A stretch of 63,370 nucleotides of DNA, counting the filler, from a bacterium (GTDB taxonomy: Bacteria > JACRDZ01 > JAQUKH01), in the NCBI GenBank assembly GCA_028719205.1. It is 5 parts of 4 records of this genome, joined end to end, with 100 filler letters (N's around TTAATTAATTAA, not from the genome) between each part and the next. Parts side by side here need not be neighbours in the genome. Positions count along the whole stretch, not along the records: positions 24,926 to 43,680 come from JAQUKH010000007.1; positions 43,781 to 63,370 come from JAQUKH010000038.1; 3 more parts are not named here. One strand, given 5' to 3'. The translations under genes and the position numbers were made by a program. This document shows positions 37,269-44,895 of this stretch, one piece after another (position 1 is the first letter of the stretch; each line of letters opens with the position of its first letter). The notes beneath the pieces were generated by a model. The model saw nothing but the letters and a program-made list of their open reading frames with translations, did no database searches and had not been told where the DNA came from.

Positions 37269-38777
37269 TTATATTCCCCGCAAAATCCCCACTACGTAAC
37301 TATGCGTCCGTTTTGGATTGTCGGGGGCTTTTTGCGAAACGATGTTCAGGGCTTCACGGTATTTTTCAAGGCCGTATTCATCAATTAATGAAATGATGTC
37401 TTCGACGATCACGGGGTCGTTATCTTCGAAAACAATTTTGGCGAATTCTTTTGCCTGATCGACCCTGTCCGCGCCGTAGGACTTGTTCAGGCTCTCCCAT
37501 TTTTCGATTTGCTTCAGAGGATCATACAATTCAAATAATTTATATTTCGAAGGTTCCCTTGATTCATAGCCGTCTTCAATACCGGAATATTCTATATCAA
37601 TAATTTTATAATTTCTCAGTTCCTTCATCCCTTCGCTTATTGTGCTTATGCTTAAATGGAATTGCTTGCTTAAGACCTCCCGCGAATTACTCCACCAGGG
37701 ATCTGTACTGCTCCAGCTTTTTTTGTATAGATTGATCAGGTAACAGTATTTCGCGTTAAAACTAAGCTTACTGCTCCATCTATAACTGAAAAATTCACCG
37801 GGCATGATAAAATATTTTCCTTCGGGATATGAATAAGGCTTTTCACTGTTTTCCAGATTAAGCAAGGTTACTCTCGCGTTCTCCCCAAATTTCGGTTCAT
37901 ATTTTATAAGACGATATACTTCGTCCAGCTTCTCCAGTACTTTAATGATCTGCCTCCTGTAGGCGTTCCTGTCCATATCTTCATTCATACCTAAATACCC
38001 CGCCATTACGTCAAAATCAAGATCAATCGGAACACCGTCCTTAAATTCCCGCAATAATAAAAGATACAGGTCAAAAGCCCTCTCATCCTGCACCGTTATC
38101 ATCCGGCCCGCCATATTCTCATTTTCCAGAAAATACCTATATACCGCAAACGAGGGTTCCTTTTCATTTTTATCCCCGCCCGCCTCCTTATCAATAACAA
38201 TTTCAGAAAAATCTTTAAGCAATGACTCCGCCAATTCCTTCGACCTTATCAAAACAGACACTTCATTATTTTTATTCAAAGAGGCTCCCGACCAGTTGGT
38301 ACTCCCCGCCACAACAACATTTTCGTCCACAACTATCGCCTTGCTATGCGTATAAAAATTCTTAGTATCATAAAACACCTCAACCCCATTCTCTTTAAAA
38401 TATTTAAAAGCATTCTGATTCTTCTCCTCGATCTCCCAATCGCCCCCTTTTCTCGCCTTTTCATAATCAATAGTCTGATCCAAAATAACTTTAACAATAA
38501 CCCCACGTTTTTTCGCATCAACCAAACTCGCGCATAATTGATAAACATCCGACTGCGTATTCTTCTGATCAAAATTAATAATATACATAACAACAAATAT
38601 AGACTTCTCAGATTTATCTATTGCTTCCTTCACCGCGGAAAAATATTTCCTCCCGCTGATGTTGGTAATTTCCGTTCCCCGTAGGGGCTCAAGATTTTGA
38701 GCCCTTACCATATTGCAAGAGAGTATAAATATAAACAAGAAAAGAGGAAAATATATATGTTTTATTTTTTTACGCAT
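37269..38777 (-). CDS. Signal peptide + PLD (single HKD, Nuc-like) + tandem winged-helix + DnaD-like C-terminal fusion protein
   Basis: HSKAIVVD...GSTNWS..SL..N.E; wHTH-like segments AFDLYLLL..DFDVMAGYLGM and LSFNAKYCY..SREVLSKQFHLSISTISEGMKEL; terminal EYG.EK..EAL...SYVVGIL. Confidence 0.75.
   Translation of the reverse strand: MRKKIKHIYFPLFLFIFILSCNMVRAQNLEPLRGTEITNISGRKYFSAVKEAIDKSEKSIFVVMYIINFDQKNTQSDVYQLCASLVDAKKRGVIVKVILDQTIDYEKARKGGDWEIEEKNQNAFKYFKENGVEVFYDTKNFYTHSKAIVVDENVVVAGSTNWSGASLNKNNEVSVLIRSKELAESLLKDFSEIVIDKEAGGDKNEKEPSFAVYRYFLENENMAGRMITVQDERAFDLYLLLLREFKDGVPIDLDFDVMAGYLGMNEDMDRNAYRRQIIKVLEKLDEVYRLIKYEPKFGENARVTLLNLENSEKPYSYPEGKYFIMPGEFFSYRWSSKLSFNAKYCYLINLYKKSWSSTDPWWSNSREVLSKQFHLSISTISEGMKELRNYKIIDIEYSGIEDGYESREPSKYKLFELYDPLKQIEKWESLNKSYGADRVDQAKEFAKIVFEDNDPVIVEDIISLIDEYGLEKYREALNIVSQKAPDNPKRTHSYVVGILRGI
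38681..38708. repeat. GTAG-type REP-like palindrome inside the PLD coding sequence
   Basis: GTAGGGGCTCAA-GATT-TTGAGCCCTTAC, encoding VRAQNLEPLR on the minus strand. Confidence 0.65.
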
Positions 38778-38828
38778 AGACAATATTATACATTATGAAT
38801 GGTTTTTAATGGATGGGATTTTTTTGAT

Positions 38829-38853
38829 GTATGGGCGATCCGGCTGGTCGCCC
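38829..38853. repeat. GTAG-like REP palindrome
   Basis: GTATGGGCGATC-CGGCT-GGTCGCCC. Confidence 0.55.
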
Positions 38854-38967
38854 TCTTGATTTGTTTATTTTTATTTTTTTGTTAATAGTTAATGAACTCG
38901 GAAAACAACGTCCAGGATATCATTTATTCATAGATAGTTACAATAGTTAGTATCTCTAGGAAACAAC

Positions 38968-39114
38968 GTCACAAGAAAAAACATGTCACAAGTCACAAAG
39001 TCACCAGTCACAAGTAAGGAAAGAGGCATGGCGCATAGGGCATGGAGTAAAAGATGTCGCAAGTTGCAATGTCACAAAGTCACCAGCAAAAAAAGAAGCA
39101 TAGAGCATAGGGCA
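38968..39114. repeat. Heptamer/octamer tandem repeat blocks (GTCACAA and GCATAGG types)
   Basis: GTCACAA(G/A) units at 38985-39013 and 39056-39085 alternate with GCATGGC/GCATAGG units at 39026-39047 and 39098-39114. Confidence 0.8.
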
Positions 39115-39882
39115 CTACTTTTTTATACTTCTCGCCGTAGTATAATCGAACAGGTTACCTGCAATCTTCTTAAGCGGATTCAAGCGAACGGGGTAGAAGT
39201 AGTTTGATTCGAACCAGCCTTTGTCCCGGTAGTACGTATAGTCGCAATAGGACTCGTTGAGCATCCGGGCGATAGCGGTTCGAGACATCCTGAAGATCAT
39301 AAGCTTGAAGAGGGTCGGAACGGGATAGGACGGCTGTGACAGTCTGTCGTAGAATCTAATGCTTTGTTCCTCGAGAATTCTGTTGTTCTTCCGTTGTACT
39401 TCGTCAGGTATCGGTTCGAGAGACGTTATACAACTTCCCTTGACTACATTGAAACCAAGGTTGTCTCCTACAAAGTCCAGGTACTCCACGATTTTCGGCC
39501 CTCCGTAAATGCCCTGAACCACAATGCTGGTGAAGGCCTTGCCGAAAAAACGCGGACGGTGAAACACAAAACCGAGCCTGTCGAGGAACTTCTTCATGAT
39601 GGCGGAGACCTGGAACGAGTAGTTCGGGGACGCGAAGACCACTCCGTCTGAAGCCATCATTTTCCCAAGGAGCAAATCCCGGTCATCCTTAAACTGACAG
39701 AATTCCTCACCTTTGTCCAGACAAAGTTTGCAGCCCCTGCAGGTCACCAGATTGCATTCACTCAGGCGGACGATCTCGTATTCGACGTCACCGAATGACT
39801 GCAGGGAACTCAGGAATTTACAAACAGCATTGTATGTGTGCTGCTTGCGAGCACTGCCGACGAACGCTGTAACCTTCTTCAT
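39115..39882 (-). CDS. Flavodoxin/NADPH-dependent FMN reductase family (iron-sulfur flavoprotein-like)
   Basis: FVGSARK..T, CRGCKLC....C..KDD, DGVVFASPNY...VS..MK.FLDR; visibly more GC-rich than its neighbours. Confidence 0.88.
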   Translation of the reverse strand: MKKVTAFVGSARKQHTYNAVCKFLSSLQSFGDVEYEIVRLSECNLVTCRGCKLCLDKGEEFCQFKDDRDLLLGKMMASDGVVFASPNYSFQVSAIMKKFLDRLGFVFHRPRFFGKAFTSIVVQGIYGGPKIVEYLDFVGDNLGFNVVKGSCITSLEPIPDEVQRKNNRILEEQSIRFYDRLSQPSYPVPTLFKLMIFRMSRTAIARMLNESYCDYTYYRDKGWFESNYFYPVRLNPLKKIAGNLFDYTTARSIKK

Positions 39883-40027
39883 TTGCGCCCTCCCCCGAAG
39901 TAACCTCTGTGTGCTTTGCGGTTCGCAAATAAAATTACTACTTTTACATATACTTGTCAATATTATTTTATTTGAAATTTACAATCAGTTTTCTTATGAT
40001 GTAGCGAAATATTTTTATCATTTCATA

Positions 40028-40789
40028 TCACCATTCGATGTCTGTTTGGAACAATACCTGATCGGTAAATTCTTTGGCACTTGTCACCGGAACCTGATAC
40101 CCTAAACCAACCGCGACAGATTTGTTGATCTGGTACTTTATTCCCTCGATAATAGAATTATTGGGGGTGGCATCTTTTGCCGCGGCAAAAACGAACTCGG
40201 CAACCGGGAAGAAGCGCTGGCCTATCTTGCCCACTATTGATATGCTTCCCTCTACTGCCTTTTCTTTGGGGCTATACTCTACCGATTGATTCAATTCAAA
40301 GATATGGGCGGACCACATAGTAGAGAACCCGACTAAACCGTATGTATTGTGTTCATCCTTATGAGTCGGAATTTCCACCTCTACAAAAGGTGAAAAACCG
40401 CTCATCCCGTCCCGGCTCCGGAGGGCGGCGTACTGAAGCGTGATCTCGGTGTGCGCGTTGTTTGAAATCCGGTCGTTCCTGATGTGCAGCCCTATGTTTT
40501 TTGATAACCCGGTTTCCAGGTGGAATCCAAAATCTCCATGATATTTCCCTTCGTCACGAAAGGCAAGTTTACTCAACCGCAGGGCGTAATGGCCGACAGG
40601 ATCAGGCAAGCCCATATGCGTGAAAAAAGGATGGACGAAATCCATTTCTTTTTCACTCATATACTGTACCTGCCCTCCCATGTCCATTCCCTTCATCGTA
40701 TCATCACTCTGGCAGAATGCAGGCTGAAGGAATACCGCCATTATCAATAGACACAATAAAATAAATAATGATATTCTGTTTTGTGACAT
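40028..40789 (-). CDS. Exported putative beta-barrel protein with Met/His-rich N-terminus
   Basis: Signal peptide; MKGMDMGG, HPFFTHMG; alternating strands ending in aromatic FQTDIEW. Confidence 0.55.
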   Translation of the reverse strand: MSQNRISLFILLCLLIMAVFLQPAFCQSDDTMKGMDMGGQVQYMSEKEMDFVHPFFTHMGLPDPVGHYALRLSKLAFRDEGKYHGDFGFHLETGLSKNIGLHIRNDRISNNAHTEITLQYAALRSRDGMSGFSPFVEVEIPTHKDEHNTYGLVGFSTMWSAHIFELNQSVEYSPKEKAVEGSISIVGKIGQRFFPVAEFVFAAAKDATPNNSIIEGIKYQINKSVAVGLGYQVPVTSAKEFTDQVLFQTDIEW

Positions 40790-40845
40790 GTCATACTCCT
40801 TATTTTTACTATTGTTGTCAGCCATTCTGATAGTTTAAAACTTTC

Positions 40846-41631
40846 TCATTTTCCGCCTATTTGGACTGCCAGCATTGAGACCGATCCGCCATCGACCCCT
40901 TCTACCGGAAAACTTATCCGTTCCTTTTCTTTCCGGAGGCCCAGAACATAAAGCAACGGTAAGTAATGATCCGGTGTTGGAACGGATAACATTGCGTCAT
41001 TGCCAAGCCTCTCGTATTCGACAACTTGAGCATCGTCTCCTTTGAGCAACAACTCCCGTACCTGTTTCTCAAATCGCATAGCCCAATCAAACGGTTCAAC
41101 CTCACGGCTACCCCACGCGTAGGCGTGCAGATTGTGCACAATATTACCGCTGCCGATCACTAAAACACCTTCTTCCCGAAGTGGTGCCAGCCGTTTTCCC
41201 ATTTCATAATGAAATGAGGGTGGCTGCCTCTCATCGATGCTCAGTTGAACAACGGGAATATCCCCTCCCGGAAAGACATGAGTCAGCACTGCCCATGTTC
41301 CGTGATCCAGTCCCCAACTTTCGTCAAGGCTAACAGAAACAGGGTTAATGAGGTCTTTAACACGCCGGGCAAGTTTGGGACTGCCTGGCGCCGGATACTC
41401 GACCTGATAAAGTTCCCGCGGGAAGCCGCCAAAATCATGGATTGTGCGAGGTTTGAGATTAGCCGTTACCGCGCAGGCAGGTATATACCAGTGAGCTGAG
41501 ATGGCGAGCACGGCCTTGGGACGCGGGATTGATTTACCGATAGAAACCCAACCGTCACTGTAGGAATTCTTTGATATCGCGTTCATCGGATTACCATGTC
41601 CGAAAAAGATAACCGGCATCAGATCTTTCAT
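40846..41631 (-). CDS. ygiD: 4,5-DOPA dioxygenase extradiol (LigB family)
   Basis: MPVIFFGHGNPMN, ISAHW, TIHDFGGFP, GLDHGTW, GSGNIVHNL, PTPDHYLPL. Confidence 0.93.
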   Translation of the reverse strand: MKDLMPVIFFGHGNPMNAISKNSYSDGWVSIGKSIPRPKAVLAISAHWYIPACAVTANLKPRTIHDFGGFPRELYQVEYPAPGSPKLARRVKDLINPVSVSLDESWGLDHGTWAVLTHVFPGGDIPVVQLSIDERQPPSFHYEMGKRLAPLREEGVLVIGSGNIVHNLHAYAWGSREVEPFDWAMRFEKQVRELLLKGDDAQVVEYERLGNDAMLSVPTPDHYLPLLYVLGLRKEKERISFPVEGVDGGSVSMLAVQIGGK

Positions 41632-41736
41632 TGAAAAACCCTCCTCTTAATTTATTTTATATCTTTTATTTTTGTTTGTCGATGAAATTCAAAGGGGGGG
41701 ATAATGAATATCTCTAGATCATAATCCAAAGGTTGA

Positions 41737-43281
41737 TCACGATTGTTTTATGGTATTATTGTATTTATCTTCTACTTTAATTAAATTCTCTTCAAATAAA
41801 CTATTTCTAATTTCTTCATATTTTTCATCTGGCACAAGTAAATTATCTCCATATTTCTCTGAGAATTTCCTGATCAGATATTTAATGCCTAAATATATTA
41901 TTCCCGCGCCAAGCAACATTATGATAATTTCTTTATGAAAGAAAATACTGTGGCCATCATTTAATCTATAAATACTAATATCAGTATTTATGTTTTTATA
42001 ATATATTATAGACGGAATAATTGCCAATCCATTATAGATACTATGAATTATAATACCTAAAACGACATTATTCAGCCTTATGTACAACCATGCAAAAAAT
42101 AGCCCCAGCATAAAAGCCGGCAATAATTGAGAGGGATTCATATGTATAAATGAGAATAATAGTGCTGAGGATAACAAAGCTTTTTTTTGGCCATAATTAC
42201 CGATCAATCCCCTTAAAATAAATCCTCTGTAAACTATTTCTTCAAAGATTGGGGCAAGAATTACTATTTCAATCAGGATAAAATATATCCCCCCTTTTCT
42301 TTTCATAGTTTCAGATAATATCTTACTAATAAACCAATCCGGCATACGGATCACTGAGGATAATCCGGCCTTAAATATATAAATACCAGCCATTACTGCC
42401 AATGAATAAATAATGATCTCATAATTTATATTTTCAAAAGAAAAATAATTTTTTAATGGATTTTTATATCTTTTTGATATAAATAAGTACCAAATCAAAA
42501 AAGATATAACAGACACAAGCGTTAATAAAAAATAATTAGGCTTGCTATCTTTGTAAATAATAATAATAGGAATAAATACAGCTATTAATACTACATAAAC
42601 TGATAAATGGAGCAATATCGATTGTGAAATATCCGGATAAGGTTTATTATTATTTGATTTATCTATTTTTTTATAAAAGAAAAATAAAATAGAAACAACC
42701 AGCAAACAAATCAAAGCCGGTATATACATTTTCAGCGAAATGAGTATTAAAAGAGCGCTTATGGTTACAAGAATCGTTCCTAATTTAGATAATTTTTTGC
42801 CTAAGGGTTTATTAAAAAAATGAGTAAGCACGATTCCGGAAAGAAGAGTGGCAATTGGGATAATAAACATTATAATTATAATGCCTGTAAATATTATTTG
42901 AAATATTAAATTCCCTTTCTGTGGATTATATATTTGCTTAAAATTATCATATTCCACTTTTACTGAATCAAGCATTTGCAACAAACTGTCATATTCCGCT
43001 TTTTGCTGCTTATACACTTCTGACAACCTGCTAGATTCTTCCTGTTGTTCCTTAGATCCTGCAAATGACTCATCATAAACAATTTTTTCTTTATATCTAT
43101 TTAAGTCCTTTTGATATTTTTCCGTTCTTTGCTTATACTCCTTCTCCGCTTTGTTATATTCTTGTATCGATATATTATTATATTCCGTCGATGCGCTGAC
43201 TGAAGCACAAAATAGACCAAATAATATCAAATTTATAAATAAGGTTATTATATAAGTTTGTTTTCGCATGTTCTTGCCCAT
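41737..43281 (-). CDS. CPBP (Abi/CAAX) intramembrane metalloprotease with N-terminal exported coiled coil
   Basis: APIFEEIVYRG, LFSFIH, IIHSIYN; many TMs. Confidence 0.88.
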   Translation of the reverse strand: MGKNMRKQTYIITLFINLILFGLFCASVSASTEYNNISIQEYNKAEKEYKQRTEKYQKDLNRYKEKIVYDESFAGSKEQQEESSRLSEVYKQQKAEYDSLLQMLDSVKVEYDNFKQIYNPQKGNLIFQIIFTGIIIIMFIIPIATLLSGIVLTHFFNKPLGKKLSKLGTILVTISALLILISLKMYIPALICLLVVSILFFFYKKIDKSNNNKPYPDISQSILLHLSVYVVLIAVFIPIIIIYKDSKPNYFLLTLVSVISFLIWYLFISKRYKNPLKNYFSFENINYEIIIYSLAVMAGIYIFKAGLSSVIRMPDWFISKILSETMKRKGGIYFILIEIVILAPIFEEIVYRGFILRGLIGNYGQKKALLSSALLFSFIHMNPSQLLPAFMLGLFFAWLYIRLNNVVLGIIIHSIYNGLAIIPSIIYYKNINTDISIYRLNDGHSIFFHKEIIIMLLGAGIIYLGIKYLIRKFSEKYGDNLLVPDEKYEEIRNSLFEENLIKVEDKYNNTIKQS

Positions 43282-43302
43282 TTCATTTTTCTATATAATA
43301 TG

Positions 43303-43398
43303 TTATTTCATTCCCCGCAAAATACCCACAGCATACTTATGCGTTCTCTTTGGATTATCGGCGGTTTTTTGTGAAACTATATTTATAGCTTCCCTCCA
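43303..43398 (-). pseudogene. 3'-terminal remnant of a paralog of the PLD-wHTH gene
   Basis: WREAINIVSQKTADNPKRTHKYAVGILRGMK* versus YREALNIVSQKAPDNPKRTHSYVVGILRGI* (23/28 identical in the core). Confidence 0.85.
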
Positions 43399-43411
43399 TA
43401 GGAAGCTAACT

Positions 43412-43680
43412 CTATGTTTCCTTTCTTAAAATCACAGCCTTGCTGAAAAGCACCTTCGGCCTTTCAATGGGTATAAAACCGGCGTTCCTGGCTTTTTCGA
43501 CCATTTCTTCAAATGCCGGCTTAGATACATGAAATGGCGGTTCCACGATAAAAAGTTTTCCATCCGGTTTCAGTATCGATCTTATCTCATTAAAAAAGCC
43601 TTTCTGATCAGGAATTTCGTGAACCACGTAGAACGCCAAAACAAAATCAACATTTTCCAATATGCCTATTTTGTCAACTT
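43412..43680 (-). CDS. Class I SAM methyltransferase, C-terminal fragment
   Basis: VDFVLAFYVVHE.PD...F.EI..ILKPDG; open to the contig edge. Confidence 0.8.
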
Positions 43681-43780
43681 NNNNNNNNNNNNNNNNNNNN
43701 NNNNNNNNNNNNNNNNNNNNNNNNTTAATTAATTAANNNNNNNNNNNNNNNNNNNNNNNNNNNNNNNNNNNNNNNNNNNN
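43681..43780. other. Artificial contig spacer
   Basis: N-TTAATTAATTAA-N, 100 bp. Confidence 0.98.
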
Positions 43781-44893
43781 CCGGATGTATCTGAGAAAGA
43801 AATAACAAAAGTTGTGGAAGTCCTGCGTTCAGGTTGGTGGACGACAGGGCCTGTGGTAACTGAATTTGAAAACAAGGCAATTGAATATCTCAGGGATTCA
43901 GAAGATCTGTATGCCGTGGGGGTAAATTCATGCACATCAGGATTGTACCTTGCCTTAATCGCGTCGGGAATAGTCCCGCAAGACGAGGTTATAATTCCTA
44001 CATGGACATTCGCGGCGACCGCCCAGGTTGTTGAATGGATTGGGGCTATCCCGGTTCTTTGCGACATAGAAGAAGATTCATTAAACATAGATTTAAGCAA
44101 GGCGGAAAAGCTTATTACCTCCAGGACCAAGGCGATTATCCCCGTTCATATGGCAGGATACCCCTGCGACTTGGATGGCTTAAGGAATTTAGCCCGGAAA
44201 TATAACCTTAAAGTTATTGAAGATGCCGCGCACGCCTTCGGGACAAAATATTATCAACGTAAAATCGGTAACTTTTCCGATTTATGCGTATTTAGTTTTT
44301 ACGCCACAAAAACCCTTGCTACAGGCGAAGGCGGGATGGTTGTTTCCCGCGATAAGCAGCTTATAGAAAAAATCAGGCAGAAGAGCTATTTTGGGATAAA
44401 CAAAGAAGCCTTTAAGAGGTATGGCGCAACCGGCGCCTGGTTTTATGACATAGAGGAGTTGGGATATAAGTGTAATTTTGACAGCATCCACGCGGCGTTA
44501 GGTTTGGCGCAGTTAGAAAGACTGGATCAGATGGTAGCCATAAGAAGGCAGATAGCAAAACGCTATAGGGATGGGCTTTCCGGATTAGTTGATTTTACCG
44601 CGGATTCAGACAGGCATTTCCATCCATACCATTTGTTTATCATAAAGCTAAAATCTCCCGCGATAACCCGTAATGATTTGATTATTGAACTCAAGAAGAG
44701 GAATATAGGTTCCAGCGTGCATTTTATACCATTGCATATGCACAGTTACTACAAAAAAAGGTTCCCGGAAAACAATTTTCCGGTAGCTAATAAAACTTTT
44801 TCTAATGTCTTATCGATTCCTATGTTTTCTGCGATGACGATTGAAGATGCCGATTATGTAATAGATCAGCTCAAAATAATATTGGGAGGATAA
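43781..44893 (+). CDS. DegT/DnrJ/EryC1/StrS sugar aminotransferase, 5' truncated
   Basis: SGWWTTGP, NSCTSGL, IEDAAHAFG, FSFYATKTLATGEGG. Confidence 0.93.
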   Translation, partial: PDVSEKEITKVVEVLRSGWWTTGPVVTEFENKAIEYLRDSEDLYAVGVNSCTSGLYLALIASGIVPQDEVIIPTWTFAATAQVVEWIGAIPVLCDIEEDSLNIDLSKAEKLITSRTKAIIPVHMAGYPCDLDGLRNLARKYNLKVIEDAAHAFGTKYYQRKIGNFSDLCVFSFYATKTLATGEGGMVVSRDKQLIEKIRQKSYFGINKEAFKRYGATGAWFYDIEELGYKCNFDSIHAALGLAQLERLDQMVAIRRQIAKRYRDGLSGLVDFTADSDRHFHPYHLFIIKLKSPAITRNDLIIELKKRNIGSSVHFIPLHMHSYYKKRFPENNFPVANKTFSNVLSIPMFSAMTIEDADYVIDQLKIILGG

Positions 44894-44895
44894 AT

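Noticed and set aside
38778-38805. dif-like site (CATAATGTATA on the minus strand)
   Set aside because: The XerD arm (TTATGTTAAAT) is not matched. It is better explained as the -10 box of the PLD gene.
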